Shown: positions 40,520-53,043 of the stretch, one piece after another | How positions within the stretch are numbered: position 1 is the stretch's first letter | Layout of the letters: each line of letters opens with the position of its first letter | DNA from: Takakia lepidozioides | Lineage: Eukaryota; Plantae; Bryophyta | Length of the DNA: 64,000 nt | Assembly: GCA_030704615.1 (NCBI GenBank) | Contig: CM060733.1 | Location: 37,200,001 to 37,264,000 of the forward strand | Direction: 5' to 3' | Position numbers and translations under genes: made by a program | The notes under the pieces: model-generated | What the model saw: the letters and a program-made list of their open reading frames with translations, nothing else | What the model was told of the DNA's origin: nothing | Database searches by the model: none

Positions 40520-43042
40520 GAACCTCGCGCGATCGCGCGTGTATCCTACAGTAGAGATTCCGGTGATTAATGATTCGGCACTATATCGATGGACACTAAA
40601 AAAGAGTGAAACAATAAGTTACTGAAGTTTGTTTAGAAAAACTGAGGATGAAGATGAAAAGGAACCTCGCGCGATCGCCCGCGTTTAGGGTTATAATGAT
40701 TTGGAAATTGAAAATAGAACTCGGACTCTCGGATTGTGTACTAGAATGTAGAACGTAGGTCTCTATTGGTCGAAACAGAAATTTGTAGAAAATTAAAGGA
40801 TCTGCTAAAGCTACGACCCGAATGCACAACATTGTCTACGACTCCATAACAGAAATAGAACCACATCGACGGGCGTTCGGGCGTGGTTCAGATGGATGAA
40901 ATGAAGGACGGATGAATAATGGTAGACAAGTTTTGGATGACAAGTAAGCAAATGGATGAATAAATGAAACATGGATGAACGAAACAGCTGTAGTGCGAGT
41001 GATCATTCGAAGTACATAAAACGGTCGGGTGTGTATGTAAGATCTTTGCAGACAGTGGATGGGAACAGAGGAGCAGAGAGACAGAGAGAAACCCAGATGA
41101 AGTGGAGAGGCTCTCAATATTGACAGGAGTACAAAGGAAGAATGAACGTAAAACAGACAGTCCTGAAGATCAGCGAGCCAGAGCAACTGAGAGGGAAAAA
41201 ATGGCATGCGTGCATAGGGCAGGCTCTTATACGGATTGTCAAACAGTACGAGGTCGACGTTCACATTACAGAGGTGCGTTTGGAGTGTCATGGATCGACA
41301 AATTGTCGCCCTGATGCTCTTTCGTGTAATCTAGTGGCTATTATGTGTCCTCCAGAGCATAAATTCAAGTAGGAGTCTGAAATCCACCGAACATTAATGG
41401 GTCCATAAGTTATTGCGTCCAATGCGAATAACTAACTGATTCGAGATCTGGAATCTGACATCCAAAGCACCAGAGAAGCAGCAAATCCAATGTTGAATTA
41501 ATGATATAAGAGAAGGAATAGTCGGCGACGAAAGTGGCCCCTCTTAAGGCCATTGTGATGAGCCGGCGGCCATCTATGGCATGGTGACATTAAGTAGCCG
41601 CAATGAACGTGGGGCCGTAGATGAGGTGTAGGTAGAGAAAACGTGAGACCGATCAAATCCCAGATGCACGTCCCGACACCTCATTATTGAACCTATGAAT
41701 AATATTTTATCATTGGATGAAATAAGAGCCTTCGCGGATGAAACAGACGTATACTGGATGAGATGACTGCCCTAGTGGATGATTCAACTCCCCTCATGGA
41801 TGAGCGCCGTCACGGGAACCCGCAACCAGGGTGTTCACTTTATGAAGGCGTCGGATTGCCGCGCCGTAACGCTCTGGACAAACTAGTGGAGTCCATTCAT
41901 TACTGACATGTCGCATCATTGATTGTACCTGCATAAATTTAGGGGTCCTCAGCGAACCGTTGGGAAACATCCCGCCTTTCATTCATCCATGCATCGAGGC
42001 CACAAACCGTAGGATGCGACATACGCAACGGTTGAGATCACAGGTGGTAAGGCATATAAGGAGGAGTGACCGAAATGAGTCTCCTTTTGCATTCATTTGA
42101 TACACGCAAAAGCCCTGTTCAATTTTGGACTCAAGGAAGAGGTGCGAGAGAGAGCGACTAAGCGAGAGAGGCAGAGAGGTGGAGATCGAGTAAGCGAGAG
42201 AGTGAGAGATCGAGGGAGCGTGAGTTGGAGTGAGTGTGGGTTTGAGCAATTCACCGTGTGCGGGGGAGTGTGACAGAGTGAAAGGAGGGCAAAACAAGAG
42301 AGTACGCTATCCCGGAAGCTGTTGTGCGCACCCGAGCGAGAGAGCTCATCCAGCCCTGCAGGGAGGATCCTTGCCTAAAGTGACATCAAGCAGGTAAAAA
42401 ATTTCCCGTCTTCTTCGTGCATGCAATGAGGGATTCTTCTGTGGGCTGCAGAGATTGCAGGAAGGTAGAAGTTGCATGCTTGATTGATTGTTTGCTTGAA
42501 CGAATGATTGCTTGTTTTGATTGTTTTGATTGCTTGTTTTGATTTTTGGATTGATTCCAGAGTTAAAGAGGTAGGATGGTCGATAGAAGGATTGGGAATT
42601 GTGGAAGATTTCGGGATATGTACGCTTTCCTTGAGGAACGACTCCGGATTCGAGACATGAGAAATTCCGATTTCATAGGGTTCGTATGTACAGCTGGCAA
42701 CTGTTTAGGTTTGCAGCCTATGGTGTAGGCCTCAGTATAGGTACCATGACACAGTCCATTTCACGCGCGATCGCGCGTGAACTCATTTTACCATGTACAG
42801 TTCTGGATACCAAACTGTGATTTTGGTTCGATTCGGTTATGCACATTATTTCCATGATCTGCATTACGTGCCTCTCGAAACAGGGATTCCTAGTGATTTG
42901 TAAGCCGTAGAGAAACCTCGCGCGATCGCCGTGTTTATTTCAGTGATAGTATTGCGAAACATGGTTTAGTTAGGACTTGGAGCGAGGCCAGTAAGCACTT
43001 TCATCAAGGGAATGGTCTGAACGAAGCACGCACGATCGCGCG

Positions 43043-44560
43043 TGCTTCATTCAGTAAAAGTCGTCACCTACAAGAGCACTAACGAACAGTAGCTAATACC
43101 AAACTGGGTCGAAGAAATCATTCATTAGTAGGACAATAAACTCAATGTTTTCAATTTTAAGGATTATGCAATTATTGAACCTTGCACAATCGCGCTAATT
43201 TGACTCCGTAGTTTACTTCATTGGATGAGAAATTGAAGATGTGATGCGAAAGAATGCCCTAAAGAAGCATGCGCGATCGCGCGTGCTTCATTTGGTTGGT
43301 ACTTGTATTCTATCGACCAACAACAACACCATTGATACCCAGATGATTAGATAACACATATGAGGATATGTCTGAGTGCATACTCAAAACTGTAAAGTGT
43401 TTCGGAAGACATTAGTTCACAGTATACAATGTCAACTAAAATCTTCCGTCGCACTTTATCTGTCTTGCCATTTACACAGAATATGATAATTCTTGTATGT
43501 GGTGACATGGTCACTCTTATGTATGATGGGTGGAGGTGTTCAGTGTGGACACAATAGTACACAATAGTATCCAAATATCAATCCAAAAGTCCAGGGCAGT
43601 TTGAAATATTACTTGTCGTCAACATCGCTTAGGTTGTTCATCGATTATGTCGACCACTGTTTCTGATTAGACAGTGAAGATGTGATGTCCAAGAATGGTT
43701 AAAAGAAGTGCGCGCGATCGCGCGTGCTTCATTCAGTGCAAGTCGTCACCTATAGAAGCCCTATCGAACAGTAGCTAATACCAAACTGTACGTGGTCAAA
43801 GAAATCATTCATTAGTAGGACAATAAACTTAATGTTTTCAATTAAAAGGATTATGCAATGATTGATCCTTGCGCAATCGCGCGAATTTGACTCCGTAGTA
43901 AACTGCATTGGATGAGAATTTGAAGATGTGATGCGAAAGAATGCCCTGAAGAAGTACGCGCGATCGCGCGTGCTTCATTTGGTTGGTACTTGTATTCTAT
44001 CGACCACAACAACACCATTGATACCCAGATGATTAGATGACACATATGAGGATATATCTGAGTGCATACTCAAAACTGTAAAGTGTTTCGGAAGACATTA
44101 GTTCACATTATACAATGTCAACTAAAATCTTCCGTCGCACTTTATCTGTCTTGCCATGCACACAGAGTATGATAATTCCTAGGCATTGTCACTCTTATTT
44201 ATGATGGGCGGAGGTTCAGTGTCACAATAGTATACTATAGTATTTAAATATCAATCCAAAAGTCCAGGGCAGTTTGACATATTACTTGTCGTCAACATCG
44301 TTTAGGTTGTTCATCGATTATGTCGAGCACTCTTTCAAAATAGACAGTGAAGATGTGATGTCCAAGAATGGTTTAAAAATGCGCGTGCGATCGTGCGTGC
44401 TTCATTCAGTGCAAGTCGTCACCTACAGGAGAACTAATGAACAGTAGCTAATACCAAACTGTACGGGGTCGAAGAAATCATTCATTAGTACGACAATAAA
44501 CTCATAGTTGGTTTATCAATTTCATTTGCACATGCAATGAACCTTGCGCAATAGTGCGAA
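43043..44560. repeat. Tandem duplication, about 680-bp unit, about 2.2 copies
   Basis: TGCTTCATTCAGT..AAGTCGTCACCTA at 43043, 43725 and 44398, with homologous sequence between. Confidence 0.92.
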
Positions 44561-44979
44561 TTTGACTTCTTCGTTTCAGTCTTATTCTAATATAAATAAA
44601 AATGACTCCCAGCTGGATAATCCTCAATGTTCTCAATGTACTTTAATAGTCCTTCCGATAGACTTCTCGCAGTGGGATGAAATTAGTTCATCTGTGCCTC
44701 AACTCAATAACGCGCGATCGCGCGTGGTTCTGATGTTGCTACAGTTCAGAAGAATTTTCTTGGGATAATAGATGTCAGGATACTCTTATATGACTGAAAG
44801 AACAAAGTCATGTATATGGATTCTGTTCGCCATGCTTAGCAACATCGTTGTTGCTTACAATCGGATTTAACGTTATTGGAGGGAAAATTGTGGACCAAAT
44901 ACGCGCGATCGCGCGTTCTTCGCGTGTCTCCTTCTGTACAGTTTGTAACTGAGCACGAGTTCTTGATGATTCTTTCAGT

Positions 44980-45687
44980 GTGGTGGATTCGTGTTCGATG
45001 AGGGAGGAGAAGGAGATGGAACATACCGGACACAAGGCAACGCTTTCACCCTCCTCACAAGGTGAATGCGGAGCTGCGGTTATTATGACGGAACCTTCCG
45101 AAGGAGTTCATGTTATGTCATCTCCAGTTTCTACAATTCCATCCACAGAGGAGCCTGACACCTACTCCCCTGAATCAGACGATCAAGACAATTATTCACC
45201 AATAGGATATTTTTGCGACGTTCCTCCCGGGTCAGCAGCTTTAAGTTCTTTTCTAGAACAATATTGTGGAGGGTCTTCCGGAGATCTTGTAGCTGAAGTA
45301 TCGGCGGAATCAAATGATTTCTGCGCTATGTACCCTGCGTATACGCCAGATACCCAAGATTATACACCCGGATCCCCGGAGTATACTCCCATATCACCAG
45401 AGTACACACTCCTCAACCCTGAGTACACTCACCCAAAGTATACACCCTCATCGCCAGGGTATACTCCGGGATCCCCAGAATACTCACCAATATGATACTT
45501 TAGACACCTCAGACCCGGGTCGGCTGCATTGGCCTCATTTTTGGCACAATACACACCTATGTCAACTGTAAGTTCCGACCATTCAGAATCATCAGAAATA
45601 GAAAGATTCTTCACGAGCTCACCGAGTGTACTTGAACCAGTTCAGAATCTCCATGTGGTTCCATCGAATACCCACAATAATCAGTAG
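44980..45687 (+). pseudogene. Acidic S/P-rich protein with RNA polymerase II CTD-like heptad array
   Basis: YTPDTQD YTPGSPE YTPISPE YTLLNPE YTHPK YTPSSPG YTPGSPE YSPI (45340-45492). The TGA at 45493 aligns with GGA in the upstream duplicate module YSPIGYF...PGSAALxSFLxQY, and the frame then stays open to 45687. Confidence 0.7.
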
Positions 45688-46156
45688 GATCACTTTCTGG
45701 GTACTCGATAAGTTTCCAAGAGATTCACTAGGGGTGTCCTGAATCACCATGATATAGTCCTTCATCTCAGTTTTAGGCAAGCATATATGACTGTACATTT
45801 AAACGCCAACGATGTCTCCGTTTTCGTTCTTCACTGTTGAATAATAAAGTATTCTTCATGATTTTTGAAACCAATTAAATGATCTGCAGCTTTTGAGATT
45901 TCCAGTTTAATTGTGACTTTGATTTATTCCATTCCATTTATTCCATATTGCAGTCACAATTGAATGTCCCCTATTCCAGCTTAATTGTAAGTTAGTTTCT
46001 TTCAATTCCATTTCTTCCCAGTGGGATTCCCATTTGTATATTGGCCTGACATCCGTAACATTATGATTTGTTTCAAACTTCGGCCTTTCCTCTCAATCCT
46101 GAAATAATGCCATGAGATATCTAATCCAGATAACATAATGTTGTGTTTCATTTCAG

Positions 46157-49100
46157 TGGTCAGTCATATACCGGGGGGATTGTCTGGTTGGCATATGCAA
46201 GGAGATATGTGGGGAGTTCATCTCAACAAAATCGCCAAACTTCAGTATAGACCACGTAGCTTTGTATACTCTTAACCAGGCGATCTCCGAGTGGGGAATA
46301 AATCTTGTGGGTGTACCTCCTGACCACCAACTGAAGTTTTCCTTCAAGATTGGAGCGGAGGTGAAGGAGCTTGATTATGGCTACGTTAAAGATGTTGAGA
46401 TGGAGTCTGACGTGGAGAATCCAATGATGGTGGTTTTCATATTGGAGGATGGTAGAGCGAAAAAGACGTTTGGCTTTTGTCTGGAATCTCGTCGCGTTCG
46501 CAAGACAATGATGAAACCAGCTGTAAAGATGGGATTCACTTTCCCTGAAGGTGGTGCAGCCCTAACTGCTCAGGGTTTCGTACGAGCTTGGAGCATTTTC
46601 CAAGATGTACTCCATGCGCAGGGAAATATAAAACAACAAGACGATGAGGCAGCGAAGGGGGCAAAGGGTAAAGGGAAACGGAAGTCCACGGCGGGATCGT
46701 CTCAGACTGAGAATGAGGAGGAGCAACCAGCCGGAAAAAAGAAAAAGAAAGAAGAGCTCGATATTGTATTTATGAATGACAACAAGAAGCCAAAAGTTGG
46801 CGAGATTTTCGACAAGGTGAAGTGCGAGGCGATGAATCAAAGTCAGCAGAATGACTACAAAGACATGTTCCCTTTTGGGTTCAACCACATAATATCAATT
46901 GACATCTCAAGGATGGAACTTGCTCCAAGAAGCATGGTGTATCGTCCGCTGAATATTAATCACAAAAATGAAGTCAAAGCCCGTCTGTACCAGTTGCGGG
47001 TTCTAGATACGAAACATCATGTCAATCTGGCGCCAAAAAACGAACAGGTGCCAACCCAGGTATCTGCGATGAAACCAAGGCATCAGAAGGATATTAACAA
47101 TTCAAAATTCTTCGTCATTGGAGGCCAGCACACAATTATGGCTGCAAAGGTATAGTACATCAACGTTTACCTCACGCGATCGCGCGTGCTTCTATATTCT
47201 TCTCTGCTTCTATGAGAATCATTTTTCAGATATTTCTTTGCATTTCTTCATTATCATACTCGCGCGATCGCGCGTGCTTCTACTAGATGATTATATCAGA
47301 TGCATCGACGACTTATTTCTAAGAGATGCATAGCATGATAAGCAAGCATGCGCGATCGCGCGTGCTCCTTTCTAGTTCAATTCCATGCCGATGTAACATT
47401 TTCCAAATCAGAAACTCGCGGAGGAGATTACTGACCGGGAGCAGAGGGACTACTACGCCGAATGGCCATCAATTATCCTCTGGTCACATAACAATAATCG
47501 ATTGTTGAAGATTTCTAAGCTCTTGAACGACCCAAATAAAGCCCAAAAATTCGACACAACATTCCCGGAGAAAGTTGCTCACGCCAGGATGTACTATGAG
47601 TTGAGGGGGAAGCCCAGGAAATTCAACGACAACGTTTCCAAATCTGAAACCGTTCAGTGGAAGGTAATTATTCAGACTTCCTTTATTGTTTAATGTTTTG
47701 TTGTGCATTCAGTAGAACTGTGTGTCCCTGTTGTGTGTTTGCCTGACATGTTGTTCCTCTTGACCAGGATTTTTTGCAAGCCTCATAACTTATATTGGAG
47801 ATGCTTAGCGTTAAGGAGGCCATGACCTTGGTCCTTTGCGATGACGATGTGTGGGAGAAGTGGCAGGCGGTTTTCAGAGAGTGGGAGAAGGGAAACCTCC
47901 TGGACATTAACGGAAAGAAGCATAAGGGTGTACAATCGCAGCTTACCAAATCTACAGTCTGCAAACTCCAAGGATTGAACCCCCTTCAAATGAAGAAGGT
48001 TGCGCAGAAGATTTTGGACTTGAAGATCTGCGTTCGTGGTCCTTACAAAGGAAAAGACCCCAAGATTCTCTGCCTGTCCAATTACATCGATCGAATAAAG
48101 GACAAGCGGTTTATCATCGATGATGTCACGGTGGTATTGGGATTTGATGCCAGGAACAAGCAGCATCCAGAGTCGTACACAAAAGCACAATGGCTCGAAG
48201 TAAAGAAAAGGTACAAGTTCAACAAGTCGGAGTTCGAGACATTCCGATTGAAACTGGGGACCAAATACATGAAAAACAAGGTGAACATGAATATGAAGAC
48301 CGAGAAAGTGAGTGACGCTTTCATCAAATACGTGCTTTCATGTAAGAAAAGGGTTGAAGACATGGAGAAGGAAATGGGCAACCTCAAGGATACCTTCAAT
48401 TCACATTACCAGTGCATAGGAGGGAAGCGGAGGTTCACGGATGCCAAAACACATTTGAAAATTGTGAGAAAGAGGTATTTCGATAACATCGCAATGGTGT
48501 TCGTCAACACAGTTTGTGACGATGATTCAACTGTTTTCATGCAAAGAAATTACAAGAATTTTTTTGATGCGTTCTTCGAGCAGCAGCTAAGCCCCAATGC
48601 ATTTGTTTTCTTCTCGACGCAGAGGTCCTCTTCCAATTTGGTTTCGTACATAAGGTTTGGTGAGGGGCGGGACAAGTATATTTTGTTTCAGGGGACCCCG
48701 ACTCTAAAGCCTACAGGTCTAACACCCTGCTTATCGACGTCGTTGGGAACATGTACAAGTTTTTCCTCAATCCTCTGAGCCTGGTCATCTTCCTACCTAC
48801 ATACGAAACACTTGTAGATCCATACAAGGATGATTTTCTGATGAGTCATCTGAAGCCCCACCTGGAGAAGTTGAGGCATTCAAAAATGGACACTTGGGCC
48901 TTCAATGAACAGAACCCTTTTGGAATACCTAAGGATATCTACTTTCAGGATGCTAGAGTGAAATTCATTAATCACTGGGACTTTCCATGGCCTAAGAATA
49001 AGGAGGAATGGGACGCACATCTAAAGTACCTAGAGGCCCTGGAAGTGGAACATGGGATATTAAAGTGACTAGTTTTGAGAATGTATTGGGATTATGAGGT

Positions 49101-49756
49101 CATTGAGTTCCTTATCTGTTCATGGGATTCTTCTTTTCTTGATTTACTTAATTGTCTTTATCACTCCTTCACAGATCCGACAGCCTGGATCTTCACCTGT
49201 GAGGGGAGCTCGCTTGATAATTTTTGACGTTAATGGAGTGCTATGCAAAATAACGAAGCGTTAGAGCCCAGGACCTGCTCCGCGTTTTTCGGAATCTGAT
49301 TACAACATTCCTGCTATTGTTGGGTATCGACAAATCTTTAGACGGAAGATGTACCGGGAAGTTTGGTAAGAGTTACACAAGCACTTCATTTTAGGTGTCT
49401 AGAGCTGCATGGTGCTTAAAAACTTAAATGCCGTGAACTTTGGATTTGCTCCTACGTGGTCTTCCACGGCCAGCGTTCATCATGTCGCAGGAGGATTGTA
49501 TCATTTGCCTAAGCAATCTGCACCCAAATTACCGAACGGGACAAGATCACCTCCTGTATTCTTGAAACCACTCCTTAAAGTATGGCAGAGTTCTGAAGGT
49601 TTTTACAATCAGAGTAACACTCTGCTGATTGATGATACGGCTTTGAAGTATTTGATGAACCCTCCTGAATCTTGTCTTCTTCTCAAGTCTTTTGAGAACA
49701 TCGACGTCGACATTTCTTCCTTCTCAAACTTAGAGATTTATTGCTTAGCTTCTTGA
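46157..49756 (+). pseudogene. Multi-exon gene with ParB/Srx-like domain, apparently ending in an FCP1/NIF-type HAD domain
   Basis: VYRPLNINHKNEVKARL...FFVIGGQHTIMAAK (GGQH 47120-47131). Introns at 47150-47411 and 47664-47767. After an acceptor near 49173: RLIIFDVNGVLC (49211-49246), HFILGV*SC, NTLLIDDTALKYLMNP. Stops and frameshifts are present. Confidence 0.68.
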
Positions 49757-49926
49757 AATTTGAGAACGTCTCAAGCTTCTTGAAAGCAAGGAGAATAGGA
49801 TTTCCACCATTCAAAGTTAACGATCCACAGTTCAAGCCTCTTCTTGACTATATTGACAATTCACAATATCGTGATTTTCAAGTAAATGATAAGTAAATAT
49901 CCGCGTCCTACTGTGGACACAATTTA

Positions 49927-50230
49927 CTATTTAAAATTGATTGTGATTCTGCTGAAAACTTGGTGAGCATTCATGATGCTCCCGTACTTAACATACAGGT
50001 TGACAAGGGTGTTGAGGAGAAAAACAGTTGGCATGAGTCCACTTTGGATCATAATGTGAGTGTGCACCTGCTTTCCAGCTTCCAAACCTTTCCTCTTGAT
50101 GCACTTAAGCAAGAGACAGACATACTTATCTAAATCTGCTGAAATTCCTCATTGGTTTAGTCTGTAGAGCCTCATTCAATCTACCTACCTCACAAAGCAT
50201 CTTGACATGCCCAGAAGTGCCAGAACAGGC
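49927..50230 (-). pseudogene. PLS-class PPR gene 5' fragment
   Basis: MLCEVGRLNEAL...LLKCIKRKGLEAGKQVHTHIMIQSGLMPTVFLLNTLVNLYVKYGSIMNAHQVFSRI. Confidence 0.85.
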
Positions 50231-52251
50231 ACTGTGGACTCCCTCTCTTGATCCTCTTCCAGAAGTTGTGGTCATGGTTGAGGTGCCTGATTTGATCATT
50301 TGTGCCATTGCTGCCGCGGCTTCCAATTGACCATCTACCCATGCAGGTTTCTTGTAGCTATCCTTCCACAGGGATTCATAGGTGATCTGGAGCTTGAAAT
50401 CCGGCCCACTTCGATGAATCTCAACCCACACTCTATCCCTGCTCCTTCATTCCAGAGCTTCTCTTAGTTTCTGTTATCTGTTTTTAATACTTTCCTGTTG
50501 CCACATAGGCAGTAACATGTCAAATCACTTCAAAACCCCCGGTACCATATCCACCAAGAGCTAACTTGCAGAATTCAACATGAAAATTAGGGACAACTCT
50601 GATAACAAGGAAAACAGGCTGAAATGTATTGAAGAAGGTGCCTCCGTTACCGCTGCCTAGTTCTATCAACCGAGTCTGATGGGAGGGAAAAACAGGCTGA
50701 AATAGGTCAAAGAAGAAGGTGCCCTCACCACATTGTCCTCGACCTTGTGTCATGACCCATGGAGGATTTGACTAACCATGAACCTAAGAGAACCTCTTGT
50801 GTGTGCTGCTTGTGTCTGTAGTCATGTAATGTCTGATTGGTCTATGAGAACCACCACAGTGCAGCTGAACGGGCAGAAATTGAAGCACGGCCTGCTAAGA
50901 CAAAGCTGACTCTTCCAAAAACCTTGTAAACATCAGGAAGGATACCAAAGCACGGTACTAACAGGACATTTGCAGGATGGACAAACTTCTTCACATTGTA
51001 CATTAAGAAAAAGCCACACCTTGCGATTGCGGTTGTCCCACCATCGTGAAGGATCTTTAAAAACTCATGCCAGCTCTGCTCCGTGCTACAAATTTAAGGC
51101 TGAGTTTGATGAGAGCGCAAAACAGGCTGAAATAGGTCGAAGAAGAAGGTGCCCTCACCACATTGTCCTCGACCTAAGACCAAGCTGACTCTCCCTAGAA
51201 CGGCGAGCTCTCAGCCGACACCTAGTCCTCGCACACATACCCTAGCGTTTGTCGGGTTGCTTGCTTTTCAGATGCAAAGGTTGCTCCAACTGCGGGCCTC
51301 CCATGTTTGCCCTCCCTCCCGCTCGCTGCTCTAAGTCCCAGCCCTCTCTCTCTCCCTCCTGCTCGCTCGCTCTAAGTCCCAACCCTCTGTTCACAGCTAC
51401 CGGGATGGGCAATTTTTTTTTTAAATTAACCTTTTGCAAACCCTACAAGCAACTTTTGCAAAAAAAATTAAACCTTTTGCACTTTGATCTTTAAACCTTT
51501 TGCACTCTGCAACAAGTTTTAAAGGTACCATGTACTAGCTCTACCCTGTTTTCATTTTACAATGTTGAATGATTCATATTTATGTCCCTGCACTGATATG
51601 GTCATACTTAATTTGACTCCCTTCAATCATAATATGAGGACTGTTAAGCTTGCATTGCATTCGGTTTACATTGCAAAGTGCGACGACCACCTCTTCGTCT
51701 TTCCGAGGGCAGATTTATGAAGTTCATGATTTATTCCATTTGCAGCGGAGTACTAACTAAACCCATACACCACAATCAGCGGAAATAATTGTATGGTCTC
51801 ATTTCACACAGGTGTGTAACATGCCATGTAAACTAAGCCAACCCCTGCCACGGTCATGGCTGTTTTCACACCGTTCTTTGCCTAGGGTGTGGACCACATG
51901 TGAGACACCCCACAGTTAGGGCATATTTAGACCCACACCTTGGCTTAGTCTACAGACCCGTGATAAAAGCCGTGGAATGTGTTAGGTGTGAGATGGCAGA
52001 GCTGTGGAAAAAGCCGGTTTCTCTTCTAGTGTTTACACAAAGTAACCTCGCACGATCGCGTGTGGTTGCAGAAAACTCAGAGACTCCCGATTGTGATTTT
52101 TTGTCTCAAGTCTCAATTGGGTGTCGTAATGCTGAAAATATTACATTCGCAAAATATTCCATTTGAAAATTAGGGTATAGAAACTAGGCACAAAACGCAA
52201 GTTTGTCGTGGCATTTTTTGAGTTGCAAAATGTATTAGAAATACCTAATTT

Positions 52252-53043
52252 TTGGGTCAGATAACAGAAACTAATGGGCTCTTTTGGATGGTTCAGAACA
52301 TTGTTACTCAAGGAATGTGTGGTGTCCGGAAACACAAACACATGTTGCTGGTACTGAGTGTCAATGGACTTCTTTGCTACAGGCCACCTCCTACCAGAGG
52401 TGAGTTGTTTAAACAGAGGTTCCACTTGAGGAAAGTAACAATTCGGGTGCCCGCAAGACCATTTGTGGTTCCAAGACCTGGAGTGCTGGAGTTTCTTCGA
52501 CTTGCATTGACTCATTTTCATGTAGCGATTTGGTCTTGCTCTGAGAGGGATACTGTATTCAAGATGTTGGAGTGTTTCGTTCCTCTGGAAATTATGAAAC
52601 AATTTCGTTTAATATGGTCTGCCGAGCATTGCACAGATACAGCTAGACATATGAAGCCTGGAATGAAATATCTTATTAAAGATATTAAGAGTATTCTCGT
52701 AAAATTTAGTGGGAAAGAATTTGCTAGGCAGAGACAAATTCTACTGGTCGACAATGACCCATCCAAGGCACTCCGAAACCCAGTGAATACTGGAGTCTTC
52801 CCCATCACATTCAAGGTATCAAGCAATTTGGAGGATTTGGTTGATCTCACCAAAACTTTGTGGCATTTTCTCTCTGGCTTGATTGGAGCCCAGTCCGTTG
52901 TTGATTACATCGGCAAGAACTCCTGCAAATCTTCCGGCCCTCCGATAGATCGAAATCACGTCTACTGGTCCTGGTTTGGAAGATTTATTGATGCTTCTGT
53001 TTGGCACCCCCCTCAAAAAGATCCCGATTATCTGGGTACGTAG
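52252..53043 (+). CDS. FCP1/NIF-like HAD domain protein, probably catalytically inactive (likely one exon)
   Basis: LLVLSVNGLL (motif I without Asp), PRPGVLEFL...FHVAIWSCS, LIWSAEHCTD, YLIKDIK, ILLVDNDPSKALRNP. Uninterrupted 263-codon frame. Confidence 0.8.
   Translation: MGQITETNGLFWMVQNIVTQGMCGVRKHKHMLLVLSVNGLLCYRPPPTRGELFKQRFHLRKVTIRVPARPFVVPRPGVLEFLRLALTHFHVAIWSCSERDTVFKMLECFVPLEIMKQFRLIWSAEHCTDTARHMKPGMKYLIKDIKSILVKFSGKEFARQRQILLVDNDPSKALRNPVNTGVFPITFKVSSNLEDLVDLTKTLWHFLSGLIGAQSVVDYIGKNSCKSSGPPIDRNHVYWSWFGRFIDASVWHPPQKDPDYLGT

Noticed and set aside
44980-45495. Fragment of the real RPB1 gene
   Set aside because: No RPB1 body sequence nearby, no consensus YSPTSPS unit, and unique flanking modules.
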